From Eledone cirrhosa (lineage: Eukaryota), in assembly GCA_964016885.1 (NCBI GenBank), contig OZ024742.1, positions 181,536,001 to 181,600,000 of the forward strand: a DNA stretch of 64,000 nucleotides, read 5' to 3'. A program made the translations under genes and the position numbers. Below, in pieces: positions 18,792 through 31,650 of this stretch; position 1 is the stretch's first letter, and each line of letters opens with the position of its first letter. The notes below the pieces were generated by a model, which was not told the origin of the DNA, searched no databases, and was given only the letters and a program-made list of their open reading frames with translations.

Positions 18792-18905
18792 ATATTGTTA
18801 TATTTGGGGAGGGTCATGTTGTTATAATATTATAATAATGCCATGCGTTTTATTATACATTTGTCTGGCATATTATAACATGACCCTCCCCAAATATGAC
18901 AATAT
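18792..18905. repeat. Imperfect inverted repeat (arms about 30-38 bp)
   Basis: atattgttatatttggggagggtcatgtt vs aacatgaccctccccaaatatgacaatat. Confidence 0.8.
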
Positions 18906-19460
18906 ATGTATATACATATACGCACTAAAAATATAACCCATTGATAAATAAAAGAAATTTGGCAATTCAAAGTGAAGATCAATCTGACTAGATTGATCTT
19001 TCATTTAAAATTTGGCGAAGATTATTTACCACACCTCTTAACTGCAGAAGATAAGAAATATTGTTGGTATAATGTTAGTTAGGCTCTTTGTCAATATCTA
19101 CTACAACACCTCTCTAGCTATTCATTGCTCACCCACTCTCTTCTTCTCCAGCAAACATATAGCAGCTATTACTGGCTCTCTTCCATTATTCAGTCAACCA
19201 TATCCATCTCCCACTCTTACCATCTTGCCACTGTTTCTTTCTTCACCTTCATAATCATACTGGTTTTATTTGTTCAACTCTTACACATCACTACCCTTCT
19301 AAACAGTCTTTGTCATTTTTGCCCAGAGAGATTATGTAGATTAACTTTAATGTTGGTGTCATGATAAAATTCCGTGATCAAGTAGTTGATGTTACAGAGG
19401 TCATCTTACCGTAGATGTGGTCCTTCCAACCCATCTATGAGGACCACAACACCAAATAAT

Positions 19461-19640
19461 AATTGTTTCTACTTTAGGCACAAGACCAGCAAATACCCAG
19501 TACATTACTGGTACTTTATTTTATTGACCCCGTAAGGATGAAAGGCAAAGTTAACCTCGGCGGGATTTGAACTCAGATTGTAAAGGGACGTAACTATGCT
19601 GGAAAGCATGGCGTCCGACCCTCTCCCGATACTGCCAAAC
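19461..19640 (-). mobile_element. tRNA-derived SINE, family 1
   Basis: Reverse complement of the 58711-58897 sequence; B-box gagttcaaatccc; central gactttgcctttcatcc motif. Confidence 0.85.
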
Positions 19641-19719
19641 TCAGACCATAACACATACCAGCATGGAAAGCAGACATAAACTGATGATGATGACATATGA
19701 TATATATATATGGTGTATG

Positions 19720-19752
<33 letters not shown>

Positions 19753-19761
19753 TTAAATACC

Positions 19762-20258
19762 CTAAAACCATGGTCTACGACCTTGCAAAGGCATATAGGG
19801 CCTCAGACAACAAGGACAATTTCGGATAGAAATGAGGGGGATGTCATAGAGACAGTCTTTGTCGCTGACAGCCTCCGCTTTGGTGCCAATGGTTGCATGA
19901 GGCTCACGGAGGAGCACGTCTAGCCCTGGATGGACAGGGTGGTTAATGGGAGGCTCTACATGTTTCAACAAGACTCTGCCCTCACTTACAAGTCCAGGAC
20001 CACCCAGGCCTGGCTCTTCGCCAATGTACTGTACAAGTGGCTGCATGACTTATGGCTCTCCTTCATTACCAGTCTGTAATCCTCTTTACCATTTGTTGTG
20101 GTGTGTCTTGGAGAGTGAGGTGAACAGCACACCCTACAAAACTAAGGAGGCTCTCATCAGGGAATCCATGGCCAACATGTACAGGGACGCCTTCACCAAA
20201 GCCTGCTCTAGGTTCCGGTCCAGCCTGGGTAAAGTGGTGGCCATATCAAATGATTTTT
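19762..20258 (+). pseudogene. Tc1/mariner (DD37D/maT-like) transposase relic
   Basis: NEGDVI...PWMDRVVNGRLYMFQQDSA...TQAWL and a decayed WPPSSPDxNPLDY (SLPVCNPLYHLLW) across frameshifts. Confidence 0.75.
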
Positions 20259-20269
20259 GTACCTCATAT

Positions 20270-21515
20270 ATGTGCCCTCTGGGACTTTGAAGGAGTTTGT
20301 ATCCTGGGAGTACTTGCTACTTACTGTACCTGTGCATCAGCCACATATAAAACCTACATTCTTTGTTAACCTGACTGAGATCCCACTACAAATCTTGTGC
20401 ACCCACAGTTTGCATTTAAGACATAGGATGCAATTTCTTCCTAGTCCTTTTCTGCACACTGAGCAATCAGGGCCTTGTTTTCCCTTCTACATAGTAGGAC
20501 TTTGATCTTTGTCAAGTTAACTTTAAGACTTTTTGATTCTAGGCCATGCTTCCGGGTTTGGAATTACTTCTCTAATTCATCCATAGATTCAGCTATAAGG
20601 GTTAGGTCATCTGAATACAGGAGTTCCAATGGGCAGCCTGTCTTAAATTACTCCATTATAGCCTGCAGGACACTAATAAACAGGAGAGGGCTAAGAACTG
20701 AGCCCTGATAGACACAAACCTTCATACTAAATTCTTCACTAGCAGGAAAAAGCGGATGTAAAATGGTGATGATGATGATCATCATCATCGTTTAATGTCC
20801 ATCTAGCATGGAATTCTGACCTTGCTGACTGTTTCTCTATAAATGGCTTGCATTGTCTTCACAAGCCACTCGTCTACTCCTAGTTTTCTAATAGCCCACC
20901 AGATAATGGAACAGGGCCCTCCGTCAAATGTTTTTTCCAGGTTCACAAAAGCCAAGACTTCTCTACTACCCCCATTTTGCCATTCTTTCCATACCTGTCT
21001 TTTTGCTTTGTCTCATCTACCTTATTATTCCACCACTAAGTCACTCTCCTTCTCCCTAGAGACCTACTCCAACCACAAATTTCATTTGTTGCCTTCAGTA
21101 GGTTATCTTTCAGGAACTTCCACTGCTCTTCTATATCAAATGTCTCTATTTGCTTTTCCTTAATGTCAAAAGCGACAATCAGCATACTCCTAAATTTGTT
21201 ACTGGTTGATGGGTCTTTTAAACTCAATATTCTCCTCCAGGCTGTCTTCTGTTGCTGGGTTCATCTAGCACTAACTATAAGGTTGCTAACTATGACATTC
21301 ATCTTACAGATAGATAGGTCATTAGCATAGCAGAAGTCCAGGAGCCTGAAACCTTCCTCATTTCTAGTGCTGAACCCGTAAACCCCATGGATCCAATCAA
21401 AGCCATCACAGTGTTTCCCAACATGCCCATTAAAGTCACCTGTAATGATTATGAGGTCTCTGTCACTTATTTGGGAAATAGTGTGCATTAGGGACATATA
21501 GAACCTGTCTTTTAG
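20270..21515 (-). mobile_element. Old, internally deleted RTE LINE remnant
   Basis: [30 protein letters not shown] and RT fragments on the minus strand. Confidence 0.85.
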
Positions 21516-21600
21516 TATGGCTGACAGTCAGTCCCTGCAATGCCTTGTAAGTTGTTGTTCTCTGTAATCCATCTTATCATGTATCTAGTTAAGGAGTTAA

Positions 21601-21811
21601 CCCTTCAGCATTTACATTACATTAGCATATATACTATTGTATTTTCGCGATAAAGGCTTTATCGCACATAATGTTGAACCTATGAGATTTTGATATTATT
21701 TATTTTGAGAACAATACCTTATCGTCGGTATAAGTGGCCAGTTATGGCTAATTTGAACAAAAAGAGGTGAGAGAATTCTGGCCTGATACAGCTGGTTTAA
21801 ATGCTGAAGGG
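21601..21811. mobile_element. piggyBac-type MITE
   Basis: TIR cccttcagcattta/taaatgctgaaggg, flanks TTAA/CTAA; same family as 58667-59068. Confidence 0.75.
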
Positions 21812-23769
21812 CTAAACATCATTTACAGTATTCTAGCTAGATTATAAGTAGAACACACTAAACAATTACACCACTGCTAGAATCAGTTAGACATCTGATT
21901 AAATTCCTTATGTTATATGAGTTCAAATCCCAAGGTCAAAGTTAATTGTCATACCTCTGCTTTCAATAAAGTAAGTGCTAGTCAAATAATGGAGTTATTT
22001 GAATTGACTGTACCTCCTCTGCAAATGTGTGGCCTAGTGCTCCTGTTAGCACTCATTATTCTAACTAGATTACTTTTAAAGAATTGCATTGCTCCAGTTT
22101 ATGCTAAATATATGTAATAATTCGAAACCCATTTACAACGATCCAATTCAGTGATCCACAAACATTTTCGGCCATTAATCCTTGATATATTTTCAACTCC
22201 TTCATGGAATTGTTAAACCTTCATCAACCCCAGCATGTACAATATATATATATATATATATTAATCAATAAGCAGTATAAAATATAGACAATAAACTCTA
22301 ATTATATTTAAATCAGAGACCTGTATAAGCAAGTTGTATTGTTTCTTCTTGTATTTTATATATTTTTATTTTGTATACAAATGTCAAGTTTGGGCCCAAA
22401 GGCTCTGTTGAACCCTTTGTAGTCTCAGTGACCAATGAGGGTTGATATCGACTACTTTGGGGACCCCTGGTATAATTGGATTATCTTTATAAATGAATAC
22501 TATATATACTGTTGTGTAAGTTGCACCTTTTTCCATGAACATATAAGTGCAAAGATTGGTATGTGACTCATCTAGTGGTCTTACAAAGCCTCCCTTCAAA
22601 TTATATGGTACATTATAAATTGGGTGCAACTTATACACAAATATATATGGAAGTTTTGCTATATTTGTCTTGCCACAGCAAATATTGGAACTGTATAGCA
22701 AGGCACTATAATTAGAGTAATATTTCTCTATGTATAGGCTTTATAATATACTATGTTTTCACAATTTCATTATTAATTAAGTAGATACCAGTTATATATT
22801 GCTGTTGATATCTTTTGTTTTACTGTTTTAGTCAGGAAGGGAAAGGCAGAACCATGACATTCTTCAGGACTTGTGGGAGGGATGGAAGAACATATCTGCA
22901 AATCAGAATCCTGCTCCCAAATGCATACAGCAGATTGAACTCAGTTAAAAGCACTCACAAGCAATATTTTAATGTTACACTAGTGGTATTGCTGGTGCCA
23001 TGATATAAAGCACTCAGTTCACCCTGCCAGGAGTTAGTGGCAGTACCATAATGAAACACACCCTATAATTGTTACCAATACTGACCAATCCTAATTTATC
23101 TCCACCAAATCTAATAGGTTATTATAATTGTACCAACACAAAGCATTTTTTTAGTTATCTTCCTCAATTACTGCTAGTTAACTTAGTTACCAATATAGAC
23201 GATTACTGACTTATTTTCATTAATTCTGGAAGTTGTTACACTAATTATTGTTAATTTGTAGAATAGGTTTTATCTTGAATCACCCTTGCATGTAGGTCTG
23301 TTTTATTACTTTCTGATGATAATTCTTAGTCTGGCATCTCTCTTAACACGGGTTTTGTTGTTTTATTGATTGTAGTAGTAGTAGTAGTAGTAGCAACAGC
23401 AGCATATTTATATAATTTTTGCTATTATGAGAAGAGAAGGGTGGTAGAGGTTGGCAGAATTGGTAAAGTATCAGATAAAATTAGTTTGTGATATTTTTTA
23501 GATATCATTATTATAGGGGGTGGGGTCAGTAGATTGGCAGATTCATTAGGGTGTTGGAAAAAATCACCTTGGTGTATTTGTTCTAGATCTTCACATTTTG
23601 AGTTTGCTTCCCACCAAAGTCAACTTTACCCTTCAGCATTCTGAGGTGAATAAAATGAATTAAAACCTTTTAATATCAAATTACCTGAAATCACTCCTGG
23701 CCTCATGATACAAAATTATTTATTTTAACCTATTCATATTTCTCTTCTTTCTTGGATGGTCGAGGAGGA

Positions 23770-24050
23770 AGAGTTATCAAGCATGCCTTCCAGCAGGTTC
23801 TGTGAAGAGCAAATGTCTCCAATTGATCTGGCTGGATCCCCAAGCAAGAACAATTAAGTTTTCCAAACATCTTGCTCGGGGTCTTCCCCTGGTTCTCCTG
23901 CCAGTTGGTTTTTCATGTAAAATAGTGATTCTTTGCTGAAACATTTTAACCACATGTTCATAGTATAGGAACTGTGATCTCTCATTTCGGAGAATTAGTA
24001 GCTCTACCTGGAGCAATTCTTTTCTTTGAGCTATGCACTCTATCAAGTAA
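23770..24050 (-). mobile_element. Ancient RTE LINE 3' fragment
   Basis: ERSQFLYYEHV...GRRTRGRPRAR, a decayed version of [12 protein letters not shown]. Confidence 0.6.
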
Positions 24051-24699
24051 TGTTACTCTAAGGACCCTTCAGTGGAACACATTGCTCCATCTCCCCTAGT
24101 TGTTTACCACTGTTGGCCCCGGGTTGCTTATTGGTCTGGCAGGAGCCTGCTTAAGTTGCATCTAACCATCATATCTTGTGGCCCTATTGCTATCTGCGAC
24201 CTGTGGCCTATTCTCTCGCAGAACAGTTCCCTCATAATTCTATGTAGGATCTACTGTGTTGACAGGATGAACTGTCTTCACTCAGGGCTGACATGGAACT
24301 AAACAACAATACTAGTATATTATGATCCTCTTAGCCTCATACTACTTCTGCTGCTACTACTACTACTACTACTCTAAATCTGTTGGACATCCATTGGTTC
24401 CAACAAGTGTTCCAGTTGTGCAAACGATAGAATTGACTTATGAAATTTACATACACGTGGCTGAGTATTCCACAGACATGCACTGCCTTAACATAGTTCT
24501 AAGAGAGATTTAGAATGACAGAGTTTATAAGAAGGTTGTTCCTACAAATTGTTCAACCCATTTTTGCCAACTGAGTGAACACAGTGTGCTGCCAGGAATC
24601 AAGCTCTTACACTCATGTGCCCAAACACCGAAACCATATAACCATGTGCCTTCACTACTCCAAATATAGCTTCAATGTCAAACCAGTTGTAAGCTTGAA

Positions 24700-25031
24700 T
24701 CGAAGACCCCCTTCAGTCTCGAATGACCTTGTGATTTGCACCTAGAAAGTTTCCCTCTGGGCATAAGTCCGGGCAAAGTTGTTTGAGGAAGACCAGCAGT
24801 CGCCCATGCATACCAGCCTCCTCTCTCCACACCACTGATGGTGCCCAAGGGAAAGGCTATGGCCGATACAGCTTGGCACCAGTGACATCGCAACTCATTT
24901 CTACAGCTGAGTGAACTGAAATAAAGTGTCTTGCTCAAGGACACAACGCATCACCCGGTCCAAGAATCAAACTCACAACCTTTCAATTGCATGCCAATGC
25001 TGTACCCACTAAGCCATGTATGTGCCTTCAC
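24700..25031 (-). mobile_element. tRNA-derived SINE, family 2 head with its own tail
   Basis: Head and ttgtgtccttgagcaagacactttatttca...actcagctgtagaaatgag core shared with the 45373 and 54713 SINEs; different 3' part. Confidence 0.75.
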
Positions 25032-25967
25032 AAGTAGCTCACTGTTTATTTAAAGTGATTACTAATAGTCAATGTGAGAAATGTCACAGCTGAGACAACA
25101 GCCCACTATTTATTGTGTGTGTAGATAACCAGATATTCTGCTGTTTGACTGACTATGTTATTCTTATGTGCACATGTTCTTTATTTACTTTTGATTTTAG
25201 TATATATATAAAGGTATTCATTGGAATTTTACTGAATATTTCTACCAATATTTCTGTACCTAAACCTACTTGACTATTACTCTGCTCTGTGATCTTCTCA
25301 GTCTACACGCCATAAATACTTTATATATATTGGAGACTGGAAAGGTTAAGCTTCAACCATTTTGATAGCAACTGAGAAATTGACCTGTTTAATTTCATTG
25401 AAGTTTATCTCTTGTGGTGTAGCTATACCTAGACTGACAGTTGGGAGTACTCATATTTATATTGTTTAGTATACCATATCTGTGCATACATACATGGTCC
25501 CATAAATCCTGAGGGAGTCATGGGGGGCCGAATTGACATATGGCATTTCTAGGGCTCTTTTTAAACCTGGAAGAGCCCATCTTCTCAGATTTGAATACAA
25601 CAGATTTCTTCCAGAAAAGGATAGAGAGTGAGTGAATATAAGTGAGAAAGAATTGACCCCAGCTTTTTTATTGACCTCATATAGATGAAAGGCAAAGTTG
25701 ACCTCAGTGGAATTTGAATTCAGAGAGCCAGAACAAATACAGGAAATCAATTTGTCCAACATTCTAATGACTCTGCCAATTTGCCCCCTTATACCTTATA
25801 TATACTCCCATGAAAATACCAAGTAAAAACTATTATGCAGCTTATATATTGAACCTCAACTGAAATTAAGTATTAAGCCAAGAATATTTTGAAATTGTAT
25901 ATCCAGTAACTGTGTGTGTATTGGCAGGGTTCATAATAGTTAACATTCCTCATTTCATTATTGCTAA

Positions 25968-26225
25968 CCATTTTGATAGCAAACCATCTGAAATTGCCCT
26001 TGCTTTGATGTTACAAAACAGACCATTCTAAAATATTCATTTTTATAGGAAAAACCCTCTGTCATAAATGTATGTATGAACATTTTATTATGATACATTC
26101 CAAACATCAACTTAATAATTAAAATGTTACATATTTTACTAAATCCTTCAAAATTCTTGAGTATTTAAAAGACTTATTGAAACCTGTAGGCAGTGTGTTT
26201 TATTAGAAATCTGGTAACAAAAGGG
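25968..26225. mobile_element. Possible decayed piggyBac-type MITE
   Basis: ctaa-ccattttgata...taacaaaaggg-ttaa; similar end at 53497. Confidence 0.45.
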
Positions 26226-27094
26226 TTAACAAGATGAGTGATATATACAGCACTTGGATAAGTAGCCCTAACCTGGTTGTGTTGATAGCCTTCCCATATA
26301 GTCATTTTTACCCAGTACTTTTCAGTTCTGAATTATACTCATATCAGTGAACTGTACCCATGGTGCCTGTTATAATGTCTCTTTACACTGTCATTATTCC
26401 AAACATTCACAATTATGTGTTTTTACCAGGAGTACAGGACATATCACTGGAAACAATATGAATCTTCACTCCTGACTACATTAAACGATTTGGTCTGTTG
26501 ATTAAATCACTTTTAAAATGGGTCAGCTTTTTGATTTAGAACTGGATTAAACTGAATATATTTCAGAATATTTAGCAAGTTTCTAAGTTTCTATTATAAG
26601 AAGCAATAATAGTAATTTATTAACCTTTGAAGGGTATAGACCATACATTTTTAGGGGAGTAGTGTAAGAGTTAATTGGATTGAAACCAGTAGATCACTGG
26701 TATTTTGACATGAGAATGAGAAAATGATGATCTCCTGCAGAATTTAAACTCAGAACATACAGAAACATGGCTAAATATCATAAGACAAGTAGTTTGTCAT
26801 TTTACCATTTCTGTCTGAGCACAAGATTTTTCCAAGAAAAGGGAAGAGAGAGTGAGAGAAAAGAAGTGAGATGTAGAGAAAGAATTGACTCAAGTTTTGT
26901 TATCGGCAACTGAGACGGGGAGGATAAATACCACAAAGCATTATATAGGTGTTCTGATGTCTCTGCTAATTCACTGCATGCGCGCACACACACTCAACCA
27001 CATACATACATACACATATATATATATATATACACACACACATACACTGGTATCTAACTGTTTATGAATTGAACAATGAAAATAAAAGGCAAAG

Positions 27095-27226
27095 ATTGTT
27101 TCTGAGGAAGACGGTGAGATGGATGTAGAGTATCTAGACTAATAATATGTTATATATTTACTATTAATTAGTCACTATATCGATTGAACATAATCAACTA
27201 ACCTTCTGAAACAATCGTAAAACAAT
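27095..27226 (+). ncRNA. Type-I hammerhead ribozyme with about 100-nt stem-II insert
   Basis: Stem I attgttt/aaacaat, CTGAGGA (27102-27108), stem II base aga/tct, GAAA (27208-27211), stem III ACAATCGT, triplet GTA; outer pairing ttgaacaatgaaaa/ttttcattgttcaa; microsatellite flanks. Confidence 0.75.
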
Positions 27227-27521
27227 TAACTGATTAAGCACCAATCTACACTTTTTGTTTTCATTGTTCAACATACATACATGTAATTATAATAGATAGG
27301 TTGAAAATTAAGAAGCTCAAAAATTGATTTAAGTAATTTTTTTAAATGTCAGTTTGGCTGTACAAGTAACAGAAATCAAACAAATTGTTATAGTCTAACC
27401 CAGAGGGCCTCCTGAGTTGCTGCTATCGACCCTTAATGGTTGATGAAACTATCCATCGTGTCAATTGAATGTTTAGGTCTAATCCTGATATTTTTATAAG
27501 AAATGAAAATACATATATATA

Positions 27522-27701
27522 ATATTTTCTACTTTTGGCACAAGGCCAGCAATTATTCCAGTGCATTACTGGTGCTTTATTTTATCAACCCCTTAAGGAT
27601 GAAAGACAAAGTTAACCTCAGCGGGATTTGAACCCAGAAGGTAAAGGGCCGTAACTCTATACTGCAAAGCATGGCGTCCGACCCTCTATCGAATCTGCCA
27701 A
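27522..27701 (-). mobile_element. SINE family 1
   Basis: Similarity to the other copies in the window. Confidence 0.85.
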
Positions 27702-27724
27702 CACACAAACTTTTTGAATACATA

Positions 27725-30700
27725 TCATCATCATCATCGTTTAACGTCCATCTTCCACGTTAGCATGGGTTTGAACGGGAATTTTCCCACTTGAGGCAAG
27801 ATTGATTGTCTTGCTCGTATAGGACTGTCTGGCGGGTTTTCTACGGCTGGATGCCCTTCCTAACACCAACCACATTTACAGTGTGGACTGGGAGGTTTTT
27901 ACCGTGTTTCCTACACGGCCACCTTACAGCGTGGACTGTGTATTTTTTTGTTGTGACACCTACACGACCTCATTTGTTTCAGACTGGATGTTGTGGTACC
28001 AACATAACTTTACATTGAAAGGGGTGGTGTGGATGGGGTGGGGGTAGTGGAACGGGGGTGTATTTTTGTTAGAGGTGCCTACTGACTGTAGGTTTCGCTT
28101 TGTACTTAGGCAAAGCGGGTCTCTGTATTACTGTGTAGCACCAAAGATCTCGGTCCAGTGACATTATCTTGGAGAGGTGTAAGTGTGTGAGGTCGGAATT
28201 TATCAAGTCGTCCTAGGTTTTTCTGGGTCTGCCTACTCCGTGGCTACTGTCTATTTTTATCGCCCTGCACTTTTTTATACAGCTGTCATCTTTCATGCGT
28301 ATCACGTGACCATACCAACGTAGTCTTCTCTCGAGTAAACAGCATCCGATCCCTCTTATTCCTAATTTCTCCCTTAGTTCATTTATGCTTTGCCGTTCAC
28401 GTATATTACTATTACACATCCAGCGGAGCATGCAAGATTCGTTCCTCTCTAGTCTGCGTATATCCTCTGCACACAATGCCCAGGTCTCACTGCCATGTAA
28501 CATTGCTGTTCGTATGCAGGTATCATACAGCCTGTCTTTCATTTTTTGAGAGAACCCTTTAGCGGCCAATAGTGGTATAAGCTCTCTGAACTTTTTCCAT
28601 CCCGTTCTGACTCTAGCTACTGTACTCTCAGAGCACCCTCCATCACTGCTGATTTTGTCACCCAGGTAACGGAAGGTGTCCACTATTTCTATAGAACCAT
28701 CTGTTCAATGGAATGAGCTAGTATTTTGTGGGCACTTGCTGCTACTTATTGCACCAGAGCACCGGCCACATATTAAATCTATATTCTTAGTTAGCTTACC
28801 TGTGATCCCACTACATCTTTTATGCACCCATACTTTACATTTGAGACATAAAATGGAGTTTCTGCCTACTCCTTTCCTACACACTGAGCATGGCCATTTC
28901 CCAGATGGGACCGGTGCCCTAAGTTCCTTCCTACAAACTAGAACTTTAGTCTTAGACAGGTTAATTTTAAGGCCTTTTGATTCTAGGCCATGCTTCCATG
29001 TTTGGAATTTCTTCACTAGTTCGGCCATTGATTCAGCTATAAGCGTTAGATCATCTGCGTATAGGAGTTCCCATAGGCAGCCAGTCTTGAACTCCTCTGT
29101 TATAGCCTGAAGGGCAATACTAAATAGTAGGGGGCTAAGAACGGAGCTCTGATGAACACCAACTTTTACGCTAAAATCTTCACTATTTTCGTTGTTAATT
29201 CTAACCTTGCTGACTGTTTCTTTATATATGGCTTGTATAGCTCTCACAAGCCATTCATCAACCCCTAGTTTTCTAAGAGTGCACCAGATAATGGAGCAGG
29301 GGACTCTGTCAAAGGCTTTCTCCAAGTCAGCAAAAGCTAAGTATAGGGGTTTACTTTTAGCTAGGTACTTCTCCTGTAATTGCCGTACAATAAAAAGAGC
29401 TTCTGTGGTACTTTTACCTGACACAAACCCGAACTGCATTTCATCTAGATCAATTCACTCTCTGATTAGTTGCGCTATTACTTTTCTGTGACCTTCATGA
29501 CCTGGTCGATTAATTTAATGCCTCTATAGTTACCCCTATCTAGGGCATCTCCTTTACCCTTGTAGCAGTTAATGATGATGCTGCTATGCCATTCCTTCGG
29601 AACGACCCTATTCTGTATGACTTGGTTTACTATCCGGGTGACCATAGTGTGTCCCACCGTTCCAGATGCTTTCAGCATTTCAGCAACTATTTCCGAAGGC
29701 CCAGCCACTTTACCTGTCTTCATATCTTTGATTGCCTTACTTATTATACTACCTTCAACTTGCACTGCTGGTCCCTCTATTGGATCAATGTGGGGGAGAC
29801 TGTCTTTCTCCCATTTATTCTCTTCATTTAGTAGCCTTTCGTAGTGACACTTCCAAGCTACCTTCTTATCAGGGTCAGTGATGGCAAGTACACCATCATC
29901 ATTAAGGACACACTTCTCCCCAACAATATCACGGTTTTCCTTGACACATTGCCTAGCAATCCTGAACACCTCATGTTTTTGGTCCTCGCATTGTAGAACA
30001 TGCTTGAACTTTCTTTCCTCTGCTTCCCTTCTTGCGAAGTACACTTGTCTCCTAGCTTCCCTCCTGGCTACTTGATAGTCTTCTCTACTTCCCCCATCCC
30101 GCCATACTTTCCAAGCCTGCTTTTTGGCCTTAACTGACTCCTCCACCTTACTGTTCCACCACCACGTTACTCTCCTCCTGCCTGTAGGCCTGCTCCAGCC
30201 ACAGACTTGATCTGCCGCCTTCAGCAGGTTAGCTTTCAGGAATTTCCACTGTTCCTCTATATCGTACAACTCTAATTGCTCTTCCTTACTGTCAAAAGCA
30301 TCAAGTAATATGCTTTTAAATTTATTACTGGCTGTGGGGTCCTTTAGCTTTCATATTTTTCTCTTGAGGATAGTCCTCCTCTGTTGTTGAGTACGTCTTG
30401 TCCTGACTATGAGGTCGCTGACTATGAGTCTCTGTTGGGAGGTGCATTCTTCATGGGGGAGGGATTTAGTGTTTACAACAGACACTATCACATCTTCTGG
30501 TAAGGATATAATCTATCTGACTGGCGTGTTCCCCTGATCTAAAGGTAATCAAGTGATTGTCTCGTTTTTTTAAGTTAGTGTTACAGATAGTTAGGTTATT
30601 TGCATCACAGAATTCCAGGATTCTGGAGCCTTCCTCATTTCTAGTACCAAACCCATAGCCTCCATGAATTCCGTCATAGCCATCATAATGTTGTCCAATG

Positions 30701-31650
30701 TGACCATTTAGGTCGCCAGCAATAATTATGTAGTCACAGTCTGTTATTTGGGAGGTAGTGATCATCAATGTCTCATAGAATCTGTCTTTTATAACGCCAG
30801 GCAGTCCAGATTGGGGTGCGACGCAGATATTACTGTCACAGTAGTTCTATGTAGGACAAGTCTTATTTTAATTATTCTGTCGTTCACTCTATTTACGTCT
30901 ATTATCTTATCTACACATTTTTCTGCTAACACGATCCCTACCCCATCCAGCCGATTGTCATTTCCCACCCAGAAAAGCTTATAGCATCGTTTTTTACCCA
31001 CAATGAATCTAGCAGACCCACCCCTCCACCTGGTCTCTTGGATACAGCAAACATCAACCTCCTTATGTTCAAGCATTTCTACAACCTCGTTAGAGCGACC
31101 TTTTAAGGTGCCTACATTCATGGTACCAACTCTGAAGTTTTGGGTTGCATTTGGTGGGTGGGAACGGTGGGCTGGGGTTGGGGTTATGTTGGCCATCCGC
31201 GGCCGAAATAAAGAGGAGGAGTCCTTGCCTTTTCGTCCTGCAGCATGAGGTGAATTTGTCTTTATCTTTGGCATTGTCACTGAGTGTCCAGATGTTTCAG
31301 ACTCCAGAATTCCTTAGTCTATCCATCATATCGAAAGGCAACCAGAAGAAGTGATAGCATAGGCCGCTGACTTATGATTGGTCGAAATAATAATAGGGGA
31401 GGGGTATGGGGTAGTTAGCGAGAAGGTTTAAATAAAATCCTCGAATTTTGGGCATAATTGGACAAGCAAATAACAGTAATAAGTGAATAAAGGGATTTTA
31501 AAATACAAGAAGATTATTTAGAACAACCAGACAGAATTATAGAATAGCATTGAGAAAGAGCAAAGATTGGATTCTGGGCGATGATACGGATATATGAATG
31601 GACCGGGACGGATATATGAATGGACCGGGAAGATGGAGAGACAAGAAAAA
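27725..31650 (-). mobile_element. Near full-length RTE LINE subfamily A (APE + RT + PHD-like finger), inactivated
   Basis: VGTMNVGTL, CIQETRW, AGDLNGHIG, SQIDYIL, DLEKAFDRVP, LLYADD; (CAT)n tail at 27725; 22-bp tandem duplication in the 5'UTR near 31587-31629; 5' boundary approximate. Confidence 0.95.
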
